A DNA stretch of 64,000 nucleotides from Gemmatimonadales bacterium (GTDB lineage Bacteria; Gemmatimonadota; Gemmatimonadetes; Gemmatimonadales; GWC2-71-9), in assembly GCA_041577295.1 (NCBI GenBank), contig JBFGJG010000003.1, positions 128,001 through 192,000 of the forward strand, read 5' to 3'. The position numbers and the translations under genes are program-made. Below are positions 10,624 through 21,029 of this stretch, in pieces (the stretch's first letter is position 1; every line of letters begins with the position of its first letter). The notes beneath the pieces were generated by a model. It was given only the letters and a program-made list of their open reading frames with translations. It made no database searches and had not been told where the DNA came from.

Positions 10624-12989
10624 GATCCGCGTCCTCCCTTCGCCTGTCGAATAGCCTGCCAGACTCGTTCGGGTGAAGCCGGCATTTCGATGTTCCGCAC
10701 GCCAAGGTGCCACAGCGCATCCACCACAGCGTTGATCACTGCCGGCGTAGCGGCAATCGTCCCTGCCTCCCCGATACCCTTGACCCCCATGGGATTCGTC
10801 GGGCTCGGCGTCACGGTGCGGTCGAGCTCCACGCTCGGGATCTCGGCCGCTGATGGAACGAGGTAGTCCATCATCGACGCGGTGAGCAAACTCCCGCCGT
10901 CGTCGTATACCGCCTCCTCATACAACGCCTGGGCAATGCCCTGCGCTACGCCACCGTGCACCTGTCCGTCGACGATCATGGGATTGATCACGTTCCCGCA
11001 GTCATCGACGGCCACGTAGCGAACGATGTCCACTTTTCCTGTCTCCGTGTCGACCTCGACTACACAGATGTGGCTGCCGAAGGGGAAAGTGAAGTTCGGT
11101 GGATCGTAGACGTAAGTGGCCTCGAGACTCGGCTCTTCGCCTTCAGGCAGGCTGTGCGCGGTCCACGCCGCAAACGCCACCTCCTGTATGGGCTTCGCCT
11201 TGGCCGGCACGCCACGAACCGAGAAGCTCCCGTTCTCGAATTCGAGATCCTCTGGCGAGACTTCCAGCATGTGCGCGGCGAGGCGTTTGGCCTTCTCGAT
11301 CACTCGCCCGCAGGCGAAATGCAGCGCCACACCACCGACCGCCAAGCTCCGGCTGCCGTAGGTGTCCATGCCGAGCGGAGCGACAGCGGTGTCGCCGTGC
11401 AGCACGGTGACGTCATCGATGTCGACGCCGAGCCGGTCCGCGGCAATCTGCGACCACGCGGTCACATGGCCTTGTCCGTGTGGCGAAGTACCTGTCACGA
11501 CCTCGACCTTCCCCGTGGGCATCATGCGGACGATGGCCGCATCCCACCCTCCAGCCGTGTACCGCAATGCCCCCAGGACCTGCGATGGTGCAAGCCCACA
11601 CATTTCCACATAGCAGGAGAAACCAACACCCAGGAGACGCGTGTCGCCCCGTTGCTGACGAACCTGCTGCTCCTTTCGCAGCTTGTCGTATTCCACCATC
11701 TGGATCGAGCGATCGAGCACCTTGGCGTAATCCACGGAGTCGAACTGCAACCCCGCTGGGCTCGGGACCAGCTCGCCCTTGGGCATGAAGTTGCGCCGGC
11801 GAATGGTGACGATATCGGTACCGATCTCACGCGCCAGCCGTTCGATGGCCCGCTCGATGGCATAGTTGGATTCGGGACGCCCCGCACCACGGTACGCATC
11901 CGTGGGGGTCGTGTTGGTGAAGACGCCGGTGCACTCCAGGCTATATGCGTCCGCAGCGTAGCAGCCGTGATAGAGGAATGCACCGAGCAAAGGGACGCCT
12001 GGCGTCACGAGTTGCAGGTATGCTCCCATGTTGGCCACCAGCTTCACTCGCACACCGCGGAGCTTGCCGTCCTTTGCCGCGGCCAACTCGATGACCTGAA
12101 CGACATCGCGACCGTGGGTGGTGCTTTGATAGGCTTCCGAGCGCTCCTCGATCCACTTGATGGGACGACGCAGCTTGCGCGCCAATGCCAAGCAAAGCGC
12201 TTCCTCCGCGTACACGTTGAGCTTCGAGCCAAACCCCCCGCCAACGTCTGGGGCAATGACCCGCAGCTTGCCCTCCGGTATCCCGGTGCTCAGGGCGAGC
12301 GTGACCTTCGCCACGTGCGGGATCTGCGTGGTCGACCACATGGTAAAGTCACCAGCGATCGCTTGGGCAACGACGCACCGGGGCTCGATGGCGTTGGGCA
12401 CCAGCCGCTGTTGCACATAGCGCTCCTTCACAACCACGTCTGCGCCGGCGAATGCGGCGTCGACATCACCCTGGCTCAGCGCCCACGTGTAGCACTCGTT
12501 GCTGCCAAAGGCCTCGTGCACGAGCGGCGCACCATTGTGGAGCGCTGCCTCCGCGTCGATGACCGCCGGAAGTTGTTCGTAGTCGACCTCCACCAACTCC
12601 GCCGCGTCCTTGGCCGCTGCGCGGCTCGTCGCCACTACGACCGCGACGCCGTCACCGGCGTACCGTGCTTGGTCGCGCGTCAGTGGCCAGTGCTCGGGTA
12701 TCTTGATGTCCTCGGTAACCGGCCACGCCATGGGCAGCGGTGCATTCCACTGCTCCGCCAGCTCGGCGCCCGAGAATGCGGCCACGACACCTGGTGCTCT
12801 CTTCGCAGGTGCGAGGTCGATCTTGTTGATCTGGGCGTTCGCATAAGGGCTACGCACCACGACCGCGTAGAGTGTACCGGTTGGCGTAATCCCCTCCACG
12901 AACGTGCCCTGCCCCGAAATGAGGCGCCGGTCCTCCTTCCGCCGCACACCCCCACCCACGTATCGCTCGGCTTCTTGCATTGTCGCCAT
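10620..12989 (-). CDS. Molybdenum hydroxylase large subunit, form II CoxL/CutL-like (set 2)
   Basis: VRRKEDRRLISG, VGGGFGSK, AYRGAGR loop (11877-11897), GQVHGGVAQG, KGIGEAG. Confidence 0.93.
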   Translation of the reverse strand: MATMQEAERYVGGGVRRKEDRRLISGQGTFVEGITPTGTLYAVVVRSPYANAQINKIDLAPAKRAPGVVAAFSGAELAEQWNAPLPMAWPVTEDIKIPEHWPLTRDQARYAGDGVAVVVATSRAAAKDAAELVEVDYEQLPAVIDAEAALHNGAPLVHEAFGSNECYTWALSQGDVDAAFAGADVVVKERYVQQRLVPNAIEPRCVVAQAIAGDFTMWSTTQIPHVAKVTLALSTGIPEGKLRVIAPDVGGGFGSKLNVYAEEALCLALARKLRRPIKWIEERSEAYQSTTHGRDVVQVIELAAAKDGKLRGVRVKLVANMGAYLQLVTPGVPLLGAFLYHGCYAADAYSLECTGVFTNTTPTDAYRGAGRPESNYAIERAIERLAREIGTDIVTIRRRNFMPKGELVPSPAGLQFDSVDYAKVLDRSIQMVEYDKLRKEQQVRQQRGDTRLLGVGFSCYVEMCGLAPSQVLGALRYTAGGWDAAIVRMMPTGKVEVVTGTSPHGQGHVTAWSQIAADRLGVDIDDVTVLHGDTAVAPLGMDTYGSRSLAVGGVALHFACGRVIEKAKRLAAHMLEVSPEDLEFENGSFSVRGVPAKAKPIQEVAFAAWTAHSLPEGEEPSLEATYVYDPPNFTFPFGSHICVVEVDTETGKVDIVRYVAVDDCGNVINPMIVDGQVHGGVAQGIAQALYEEAVYDDGGSLLTASMMDYLVPSAAEIPSVELDRTVTPSPTNPMGVKGIGEAGTIAATPAVINAVVDALWHLGVRNIEMPASPERVWQAIRQAKGGRGS

Positions 12990-12998
12990 GGTCCCCTC

Positions 12999-13481
12999 CT
13001 ACGACGCCGTCGCCGCACCGCGCATGTCCTCGGCGGCAGCGAGAACGGCGGCGACAATATTCTGGTAGCCCGTGCAACGGCAGAGATTTCCTTCGAGCGC
13101 GTGCCGGACCTCGTGCTCGGTGGGCTCCGGGTTTTCGCGCAAGTAGCTCGCGGCGGCCATGATCATTCCTGGAGTGCAGTACCCGCACTGTAACCCATGA
13201 TGCTCGTGAAAGGCTTGCTGCATGGGATGGAGCTCTTCGTGGGCCGCGAGACCCTCGATGGTCGTGACCTCTCGGCCATCGCACTGCACGGCGAGCACAT
13301 TGCACGACTTCACAGACTCTCCGTCGAGCCACACGGTGCACGCACCGCAGGAGGACGTATCGCAGCCCACATTCGTGCCTATGAGACCGAGTTGCTCACG
13401 CAGGAAGTAGACGAGCAACGTGCGCGGCTCGACATCTGCCTCGTGCAAGACCCCGTTCACGGTGACTGAAATGTGTTTCAC
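12999..13481 (-). CDS. Molybdenum hydroxylase small (2Fe-2S) subunit, CoxS/CutS-like (set 2)
   Basis: [31 protein letters not shown]. Confidence 0.93.
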   Translation of the reverse strand: MKHISVTVNGVLHEADVEPRTLLVYFLREQLGLIGTNVGCDTSSCGACTVWLDGESVKSCNVLAVQCDGREVTTIEGLAAHEELHPMQQAFHEHHGLQCGYCTPGMIMAAASYLRENPEPTEHEVRHALEGNLCRCTGYQNIVAAVLAAAEDMRGAATAS

Positions 13482-13619
13482 GGATCCACTCTCCTCAGAT
13501 GGCGATTTCGCTACCCTTCACTGCTCATCGCTTTCCGTCCCCACCCGTCGCGGCGGGATCGGCGGTATGCTCCTGCCCTCACTAATGCTCACTCCTTACT
13601 TCTCACTTTGTCCGGTCAT

Positions 13620-15995
13620 TCACTGCTCGGCCAGCGCCCCCTTCGCTTTCAAGATCTTCCACACCTTCTCGGGCGTGATCGGAATATCGATGTGACGTAC
13701 ACCGAGATGCGCCAAGGCGTCGACCACCGCATTGACGATTGCCGGCGGCGCCCCGACCGTGGCCGACTCGCCTACCCCCTTTGCACCTAGAGGATGATGC
13801 GGTGACGGCGTTACGGTCTTGTCGGTTTCCCAACGTGGGGTCTCCATAGCGGTGGGGACGAGGTAATCCATGAAGCTGCCACCCTGAATGTTCCCTGCCT
13901 CGTCGTATTGGATCTCCTCATACAGGGCCGGGGCCAACCCCATGGTGAGTCCACCGTGTATCTGACCGTCTACGATCATCGGGTTGATGATGTTGCCGCA
14001 GTCGTCCACGGCTACAAACCGTCTGACCTTTACCTCCCCGGTGCCACGATCGATGTCGACGACGCAGATGTAGCTGCCAAACGGAAATGTCAGGTTCGGA
14101 GGGTCGTAGTACGAAACCGCCTCCAATCCCGGTTCCAAGCCCTCAGGATGGTTGGTGTACGCAGCAAAGGCCACTTCCTGAATCGTCTTGCTCTTCTGCG
14201 GAGCACCCTTCACAAAGAACTTGCCCGGTTCCCACTCTAGATCCTTCTCACTCACTTCTAGGAGATGCGCAGCGATCTTGCGCGCTTTGTCTCGGATCTT
14301 GCGAGCGGCGATGGCTCCAGCCGCGCCCGCCGTGGGCGTCGATCGGCTCGCATAGGTTCCCAGCCCGTACGGCGCGGTATCGGTATCACCCTCTTCGACC
14401 TGGACATGCGCAGCGGGAATCCCGAGTTCCTCCGCCACGATCTGCGCGTACGTCGTCTCGTGGCCCTGTCCCTGAGACTTCGTTCCAAAGCGCGCGATCG
14501 CCTTCCCGGTGGGGTGAATTCGGATTTCACACGAGTCGAACATCTTGAGACCGAGAATATCGAAGTGCTTGGAAGGTCCCGCGCCGACGATCTCGGTGAA
14601 GCTCGAAATGCCGATGCCCATCAACTCGCCGCGCTGACGCTTCTCCGCTTGCTCTTTCCGGAGCCCATCGTAGTCGACGAGCTGCATCGCTTTCTCGAGC
14701 GCGGCGTGGTAGTCCCCGCTGTCGTACTCCCACCCCAGGGCCGATCGATACGGAAACTTGTCACGCGGAATGAAGTTCTTGAGCCGCAGGGCTGCAGGGT
14801 CCATCCCGAGCTCGGACGCAAGTACATCGGTGATGCGTTCGATGGTGTGCACGGCCTCCGTCACGCGGAACGAGCATCGGTACGCAATGCCACCCGGTGG
14901 TTTGTTGGTGTAAGCCGCATCCACCTCGGCGAAGGCGTGCTGGACGTCGTACGATCCGGTACAGATTGAAAAGAGACCTGCTGGGAATTTCGATGGGTTC
15001 GCCGCTGCATCGGTGTACCCGTGATCCGCCAGGGTTTTGATACGCAGCGCCGTCATCGTGCCATCGCGCTTGGCACCGAGCTCGACGGTAATGTGATAGT
15101 CCCGCGCGAAGGAATCGGCCTGGAGATTCTCCATCCGATCCTCGATCCACTTCACTGGCTTACCCAACACCACGGATGCCGCAACCGCGATCACATAGCC
15201 GGGGTACACTGGCACCTTGCCACCGAACCCGCCCCCAATGTCAGGCGAAATGATGCGGATCTTTTCCTCGGACAGCCCGACGTGACCGGCAACCAACGCG
15301 AACACGGTACGGATGGCGTGGGGTGCCTGCGTGGTCATGTACACGGTGAGCTTACCCTGGGCGCGGTCGAAGTCTGCCACACAACCGCACGTTTCGATTG
15401 ACGCGACGTGGATCCGCGGAATGTAGAGGTCCTGCTTGACCAGCACGTCGGATCCTCGCAGGGCCTTGTCCGTCCCGGACTTGTCACCCACCTCCCAATG
15501 GAAGATGTGATTGTCCTTTTTGTCCTTCTTATCGGTGCGCAGGACCGGCGCTCCGGGTTCGAGGGCCTTGAAGGGATCCACGACCACAGGCAGCGGATCG
15601 TACTCGACTTCCACCGCTTCGACCCCGTCGGCTGCCGCGTAACGATCGGTTGCGATGACCGCCGCCACTTCCTGCGCTTGATACATCACCTTGTCGGTGG
15701 GGAGCACCATTTGGGTGTCCGACATGAGCGTCGGCATCCAGTGTAGGTTGTACTGCTCTAACGTCGCACCGGTGATGACCGCGAGCACCCCCGGTATCTG
15801 CGTGGCCGCCTCGGTGTTTATAGACGTGATCGTGGCGTGCGCAAACGGGCTCCGCACGATGTCCATGTACAACATGCCGGGTAGCTGGATGTCGTCGACG
15901 TAGCGTCCCTGCCCCCGGATGAAGCGCGGATCTTCCTTCCGCTTCATGCTGTGCCCCATACCGCACACGTCTGCGGACGTCCGAGGTGCCGTCAT
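13620..15995 (-). CDS. coxL: Aerobic carbon-monoxide dehydrogenase large subunit, form I (Mo-Cu)
   Basis: Form I signature AYRCSFR (14865-14885); [47 protein letters not shown] gene order. Confidence 0.95.
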   Translation of the reverse strand: MTAPRTSADVCGMGHSMKRKEDPRFIRGQGRYVDDIQLPGMLYMDIVRSPFAHATITSINTEAATQIPGVLAVITGATLEQYNLHWMPTLMSDTQMVLPTDKVMYQAQEVAAVIATDRYAAADGVEAVEVEYDPLPVVVDPFKALEPGAPVLRTDKKDKKDNHIFHWEVGDKSGTDKALRGSDVLVKQDLYIPRIHVASIETCGCVADFDRAQGKLTVYMTTQAPHAIRTVFALVAGHVGLSEEKIRIISPDIGGGFGGKVPVYPGYVIAVAASVVLGKPVKWIEDRMENLQADSFARDYHITVELGAKRDGTMTALRIKTLADHGYTDAAANPSKFPAGLFSICTGSYDVQHAFAEVDAAYTNKPPGGIAYRCSFRVTEAVHTIERITDVLASELGMDPAALRLKNFIPRDKFPYRSALGWEYDSGDYHAALEKAMQLVDYDGLRKEQAEKRQRGELMGIGISSFTEIVGAGPSKHFDILGLKMFDSCEIRIHPTGKAIARFGTKSQGQGHETTYAQIVAEELGIPAAHVQVEEGDTDTAPYGLGTYASRSTPTAGAAGAIAARKIRDKARKIAAHLLEVSEKDLEWEPGKFFVKGAPQKSKTIQEVAFAAYTNHPEGLEPGLEAVSYYDPPNLTFPFGSYICVVDIDRGTGEVKVRRFVAVDDCGNIINPMIVDGQIHGGLTMGLAPALYEEIQYDEAGNIQGGSFMDYLVPTAMETPRWETDKTVTPSPHHPLGAKGVGESATVGAPPAIVNAVVDALAHLGVRHIDIPITPEKVWKILKAKGALAEQ

Positions 15996-16477
15996 GCCGG
16001 TCCTCCGTCGGTGAGTTTGCGAGCGGCGTGCTGAATCGCCTTGACGATGTTCACATAGCCGGTGCAGCGGCAGAGGTTGCCCGCAATAGCTTCCCGAATC
16101 TCCGACTCCGCCGGCTCAGGGTTGGACTTCAGGAGCGCAAAGCCGGTCATGAGCATGCCGGGCGTGCAGTACCCACACTGGAGACCGTGCTCCTCCATGA
16201 ATCCCTCTTGAATCGGATGCAGCGCTCCGTTCTGCTCCAGCCCCTCGACGGTCGTAATCTCCCTGCCGTCGGCTTGCACTGCGAGCACCGTGCACGATTT
16301 CACCGGCTCGCCATCTAGCAGCACGGTGCACGCGCCACAGTGCGTGGTGTCACAGCCGATGTGCGTTCCCGTGAGCCGCAGCTGATCTCTCAGGAGGTGC
16401 ACCAGCAAGAGCCTGGACTCGACATCGCGCTCGAAAGACGTTCCGTTGACAGTCAGACGAATCGTGTGGGTCGCCAT
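15992..16477 (-). CDS. coxS: CO dehydrogenase small (2Fe-2S) subunit
   Basis: [35 protein letters not shown]; lies between coxM and the form I coxL. Confidence 0.93.
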   Translation of the reverse strand: MATHTIRLTVNGTSFERDVESRLLLVHLLRDQLRLTGTHIGCDTTHCGACTVLLDGEPVKSCTVLAVQADGREITTVEGLEQNGALHPIQEGFMEEHGLQCGYCTPGMLMTGFALLKSNPEPAESEIREAIAGNLCRCTGYVNIVKAIQHAARKLTDGGPA

Positions 16478-16479
16478 GA

Positions 16480-17352
16480 CTATTTCCTCCCTGTCCGCTC
16501 GAGCGCCTTCCGCAGCGCGCGTCCGACCAGCACCCGTGCCATCGACTTCTTGTACTCGACGGAACCACGGTGATCCGCCGATGGCGTTGCGACCTCGGCA
16601 GCCAGCCGAGCCGTCTCCGCGATCACCTCGTCGGTCGGCCGCTTGCCTACCAGGTACGCCGAAGCTTCCACGCCCCGAACCGGTACCGGGCCCGCATTGG
16701 TTAGCCCGATCCCGGCGTGTTCGACCTCACCACTTTCCCCCACCGTGACCGTGACCGCAGCGCCCGCGGCCGCATAATCACCGACCTTGCGCTCGAGCTT
16801 GAAGTAAGCACCGCCCGAGCGAGGCGTCGGCATCGGCACACGAATCTCCGTCAGGATTTCGTTGGGCTCGAGCGCGGTCGTGAAGATGTCCTGAAAGAAC
16901 TCGTCGATCGGAACGCTCCGCTGACCCTTGCTGCTCGTTACGATCACCTCGGCCCCGAGCGCCACCATCGTCGCCGGGTGGTCGTTGGCGGGATCGCCAT
17001 GCGCGAGATTGCCACCGACCGTGGCGCGGTTGCGCACCAGCGGATCTGCGATGACTCGCGCAGTGTCGAAAAGAATGGGATACTTGGTTCGCACGACCTT
17101 GGACCGTTCGAGGGCCGACTCGCGCGTCGCGGCTCCGATGCGCAGCGTTCCGTCGGATTCATGGATGTACTCGAGACCGGGGATGCGGCCGATATCCACC
17201 AGGTGCTCGACACTACCCAAGCGGAGCTTGAGCAGGGGGAGCAGGCTCTGCCCACCGGACAGGACCTTGGCGCTTCCTCCCAACTCGTTGAGGAGAGCCA
17301 ACGCATCTGCCATGCTGCTCGGGGCGTGATAATCGAATGGCGCAGGGATCAC
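16480..17352 (-). CDS. coxM: CO dehydrogenase medium (FAD) subunit
   Basis: [64 protein letters not shown] start. Confidence 0.93.
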   Translation of the reverse strand: MIPAPFDYHAPSSMADALALLNELGGSAKVLSGGQSLLPLLKLRLGSVEHLVDIGRIPGLEYIHESDGTLRIGAATRESALERSKVVRTKYPILFDTARVIADPLVRNRATVGGNLAHGDPANDHPATMVALGAEVIVTSSKGQRSVPIDEFFQDIFTTALEPNEILTEIRVPMPTPRSGGAYFKLERKVGDYAAAGAAVTVTVGESGEVEHAGIGLTNAGPVPVRGVEASAYLVGKRPTDEVIAETARLAAEVATPSADHRGSVEYKKSMARVLVGRALRKALERTGRK

Positions 17353-17420
17353 CGAGGCTCCTTTTCTGGCCTGACGCATCGCGTCGGGCCTGTGAAGGCG
17401 GCCTCGCCGGCACCGAGGAC

Positions 17421-18560
17421 TCAGCTGTTGGCCAAGATCGGCAGCAGCTTTTCCAAGGCGTCTAACGTGTGTGCCGGCGCGAAATGGTCGACAAATGGGA
17501 GCGCCGCCTGCATTCCCCGGGCGGTTGGCTGGTAGCGGGAATCCCCCAGGAGGGGATTGAGCCAGATGACCGCACGTGCGCGAGTGGAGATAGCACGCAT
17601 GGCTCCGACCAAGCGCACCGTCTCGCCAGTGTCGAGTCCATCGCTCACGATCACCACGACGGTCTTGCCCGTGACCACCTGATTTTGGTGCACGGTCACG
17701 AACTCCGCTAGGCTATCACCGATCCGCGTCCCACCGGACCAGTCCGGCACTTCTTTGGCAAGCCGGTCGAGCGTCGCCGCGACTCGACCAGGGGCGATCA
17801 TGCGTGTAATGCGGGTCAACCCGGTATTGAACACGAAGACCTCGGTGCGGCGGACCACCCGCCTGACGGCCAGCAGCAGAGTCAGCAAGAATCTCGTGTA
17901 GGGATCCATCGAGCCGCTGGTGTCGCAGAGCAGCACGAGATCGACGTCTTTCAGGGAACGATCGCGTCGCGCCAGTGGATAGAGATCACCTTCGGATGCG
18001 ACGGCGCGGCGAAAACTGCGTCGAAGATCGACTTTGCCACCTCGACGAACGGGAACGTACCGGCGGCTCTGGCGAGTCGCCAGCCGCGCCACCGCCATCG
18101 CGAGGAGCCGCTCCATCGCCGCGAGGTCGGCGGCAGTGCACTCCTCAAACGGTCGGCGGCGCAACACGGCCTCTGGGCTGTAGCCCGGTGTGTCGCCTTC
18201 GGGGTGGTCGGGAGATTCCTGCGAGGCACCGAGCTGCACTCGCCGACCATCCCACACCCAGCGAGGCGGCCCGCGACGGTCCGCCGGATTCGGCTGACTT
18301 GGCGGCTCGGATTCCGGCGGGTCCGTCGGGGCGGCACTCCACAGCCGGGCAAACTCCTCCTCGAACACTGCCCGGTCACGCGGCCGGATCTTCAGGGTGA
18401 CTTCGAGGGCACGTTGGACCTCTCGACGATCGAGCAAATCCACGAGGGGCATGGCCCGCGTGGCGTCGAGCTCGTCTTTGAGCGTGACGGCGATTCCCCG
18501 TTTGCGCAGAGCCCCACTAAACCGAGCCAGGTGGAGCACGAGGTCTCCCTCAACCATCAC
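17421..18560 (-). CDS. coxE: VWA-domain CoxE-family accessory protein
   Basis: MIDAS-type LCDTSGSM, WSGGTRIG, IVSDGLDTG, WLNPL. Confidence 0.9.
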   Translation of the reverse strand: MMVEGDLVLHLARFSGALRKRGIAVTLKDELDATRAMPLVDLLDRREVQRALEVTLKIRPRDRAVFEEEFARLWSAAPTDPPESEPPSQPNPADRRGPPRWVWDGRRVQLGASQESPDHPEGDTPGYSPEAVLRRRPFEECTAADLAAMERLLAMAVARLATRQSRRYVPVRRGGKVDLRRSFRRAVASEGDLYPLARRDRSLKDVDLVLLCDTSGSMDPYTRFLLTLLLAVRRVVRRTEVFVFNTGLTRITRMIAPGRVAATLDRLAKEVPDWSGGTRIGDSLAEFVTVHQNQVVTGKTVVVIVSDGLDTGETVRLVGAMRAISTRARAVIWLNPLLGDSRYQPTARGMQAALPFVDHFAPAHTLDALEKLLPILANS

Positions 18561-19453
18561 GGGCCAGACTCGACGCCCTCCGCTGCCGCCACGAGGGCTT
18601 GCAGACCCTCTTTGTGCGTCTCACGCAGATCGTGCTCATCCTTCAAGAAGCAACCGAGGGTTTCTGCGACGATCGTCGGATCGAGATGCTCGCAGTGCAG
18701 TTGGACGAGCGCCTGAGCCCAATCGATCGTCTCCGCGACGCCGGGGATCTTTCGCAGGTGGCGCTTGCGCAGCGCCTGCATGAAGCGCCCGATCTGTTCG
18801 GCGAGCTGCTGACTCACCCCAGGGACTTTGCTGCGGAGGATGCGCACCTCTTTCTCGAGAGTGGGATGCTCGATATAGAGGTAGAGACACCGCCGTCGCA
18901 GGGCATCGCCGATCTCGCGCGTGGCATTGGACGTGAGCACAACGTACGGGATGTGCACGGCAGTGATCGCTCCCAGCTCGGGTATCGTGACTTGGAAGTC
19001 CGAGAGGACCTCGAGTAGAAAGGCTTCGAACCCGTCGTCCGCCCGATCGACCTCGTCTACCAGCAGAACGGCCGGTCCGTCCTCGTGCGTAATGGCCTGC
19101 AGCAGGGGACGCTCGAGTAAGTACTCCCGACCGAAGATGGTGTCCTCGAGCGTTGCCGGATCTTGGCCGTCGAGCTCGGCAATCTTGAGCCGTAAGAGCT
19201 GTCGCTGATAGTTCCACTCATACAGCGCTGTGTGCACGTCGAGGCCTTCGTAACACTGCAAGCGGATCAACTCACAGCCCACCATCGAGGCCATCACTTT
19301 GGCAATCTCCGTCTTCCCCACACCGGCCTCTCCCTCGACCAGCAGGGGTTTCTTCATTTCCCGCGCCAAGTACACGGCGGTCGCGATCGCGGGCTCGGCG
19401 ACGTAGCCCGCTCGCTCCATCGCGTGTTGGAGGGCCTTGATCTCCGCCTTCAT
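18557..19453 (-). CDS. coxD: MoxR-type AAA+ ATPase, CoxD family
   Basis: PLLVEGEAGVGKT, LIRLQCYEGLD, LYEWNYQRQ, DEVDRAD, DALRRRCLY. Confidence 0.92.
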   Translation of the reverse strand: MKAEIKALQHAMERAGYVAEPAIATAVYLAREMKKPLLVEGEAGVGKTEIAKVMASMVGCELIRLQCYEGLDVHTALYEWNYQRQLLRLKIAELDGQDPATLEDTIFGREYLLERPLLQAITHEDGPAVLLVDEVDRADDGFEAFLLEVLSDFQVTIPELGAITAVHIPYVVLTSNATREIGDALRRRCLYLYIEHPTLEKEVRILRSKVPGVSQQLAEQIGRFMQALRKRHLRKIPGVAETIDWAQALVQLHCEHLDPTIVAETLGCFLKDEHDLRETHKEGLQALVAAAEGVESGP

Positions 19454-20400
19454 GAACCGCTTCCCTTGTTGCCAGCCGTCACGTAGCTCGCTGGATGCGC
19501 GAGAAACTGCTCGCGGCACGCTGCGCAGCAGAAGTAGTACGACTGGCGATCGAAGTCGGCGACGTGTCGTGCGCCGCTTGTCTGTACCACCATGCCGCAC
19601 ACCGGGTCCCGTGCCTCGTGCCGATCCGTCGGAACGGCGCTCGCATCATCATCGCGGCTCCCCACCCGACGTACCTCGCGCACGACTTCGGCGAGGATGC
19701 TGACGGCGATCTCTTCAGGCGTCCTCGCGCCAATGTCGAGACCCGCTGGGCTGTGAATCCGCGCGATCGCCTGCCGTGAGACTCCGCGGGCCGTGAGGGC
19801 GTCGCACATCTGTGCGAACCGCTGACGGCTGGCCACCAATCCCAGGTATCTAGGCGCGAGGCCGAGCGCGGTCTCGAGGGCCGCCTCATCGAAGGCACCG
19901 TACGTGGCAACCACGACATCGATCGGCTCCCCCGCGCCTCGTGGCTGGGGAGCCTGCGCCACGCGATCGGCGTCGCGATCACACACCTCTACTCGGTAGT
20001 TCATCGCTCGGGCGATCTTCGCCAAGGCGAGCGCCACGGGTGAGGCACCAAAGATGGTGAGGCGCGGCGCAGGGATGACCGGCTCGATATAAATGTCCAC
20101 GGCTCCTCCGCTGTGGCAGGTCATCGGGTGCACCGTCACGCCCTGGGCTTCGGATGGATCGGGCGAAAGGCGAATGAGACGTGGCTGGCCGTCCGCCATG
20201 GCGTCCTGCGCCTCGCGTACGACAGTCGCCTGGATACAGGTCCCGCCGAGCCATCCGTGGAACGCACCATCCATGGTGATGAGTGCAACATCACCGACGT
20301 TCGCCGAACTCGGTGGCTCACGCCGCACCACGTGCGCGATGACAAATTGCTCACCGCCGTTGCCGAGCTTCGCCGCGAGCGTAAGGACGTCAGCGTACAT
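19450..20400 (-). CDS. coxF: XdhC/CoxF-family maturation protein with C-terminal YHS domain
   Basis: GWLGGTC, MTCHSGG..IYIEP, PAGLDIGARTPEEIAVSILAE; C-terminal DPVCGM...YYFCCAAC...F. Confidence 0.85.
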   Translation of the reverse strand: MYADVLTLAAKLGNGGEQFVIAHVVRREPPSSANVGDVALITMDGAFHGWLGGTCIQATVVREAQDAMADGQPRLIRLSPDPSEAQGVTVHPMTCHSGGAVDIYIEPVIPAPRLTIFGASPVALALAKIARAMNYRVEVCDRDADRVAQAPQPRGAGEPIDVVVATYGAFDEAALETALGLAPRYLGLVASRQRFAQMCDALTARGVSRQAIARIHSPAGLDIGARTPEEIAVSILAEVVREVRRVGSRDDDASAVPTDRHEARDPVCGMVVQTSGARHVADFDRQSYYFCCAACREQFLAHPASYVTAGNKGSGS

Positions 20401-20417
20401 GGGACGTCGCGGCCGGT

Positions 20418-21029
20418 CTACGGCTGAGCAACCCGGCTCCGCACGCGCTCGTAGTCGGCGGGCTCGTCCAGATCGGTCAGCAGCTCGCTTGGCCACTGGA
20501 GCACGGCGGCGCGCTCTCGGTTGCTCTGGATCACTCGTTTTCCGCACCCATCGCCATCTGGCGCGCCAAGCTGCCCGAAGAGTGTACGATCGTAAAGGGT
20601 GGGCGGTGCGGTCACTCCGTCAAACTCGCTCACCACCAACGGCAACGCCGTCGAACGGTAGCGCTCCACCAGCGCCGCGTACATCTCGGAGGTGATCAGG
20701 GGCATGTCTGCCAGAATGACGACCACCGCCGGCGTGCTCTCTGGGAGCGCTTCCATCCCGACCCACAGCGACCGATTCACCCCTCGCTCCGGCTGGTCGT
20801 TGCGCACGGTGTGACATGCGAGATCCGCGAGCACCGGGACGATCCGTTCGGCTTCGTGACCAACGACCACGATGACCGGATCGAGCCCCGCAGCAATCGC
20901 CTGTCGAACCGCGCGGTGCACCACCACCTCACCACCCAAGTCGAGAAGCAGCTTGTTCCGACCCATGCGGGTAGAGGTTCCGGCGGCCAACACTAAACCG
21001 GCCACGGGGAGCGTCCGCTCATCCGGCAT
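20418..21029 (-). CDS. mocA: Molybdenum cofactor cytidylyltransferase (MocA-like NTP transferase)
   Basis: LAAGTSTRMGRNKLLL, LADMP, DLDEPADY; located in an operon for MCD-dependent enzymes. Confidence 0.85.
   Translation of the reverse strand: MPDERTLPVAGLVLAAGTSTRMGRNKLLLDLGGEVVVHRAVRQAIAAGLDPVIVVVGHEAERIVPVLADLACHTVRNDQPERGVNRSLWVGMEALPESTPAVVVILADMPLITSEMYAALVERYRSTALPLVVSEFDGVTAPPTLYDRTLFGQLGAPDGDGCGKRVIQSNRERAAVLQWPSELLTDLDEPADYERVRSRVAQP

Noticed and set aside
6447..12989. Calling the two AYRGAGR large subunits true CO dehydrogenases
   Set aside because: They lack the Cu-binding Cys of AYXCSFR and have S-L-M order; substrate unknown
10956..13193. 745-aa plus-strand ORF
   Set aside because: Antisense shadow of the well-supported coxL/coxS-like genes in high-GC DNA; no motifs
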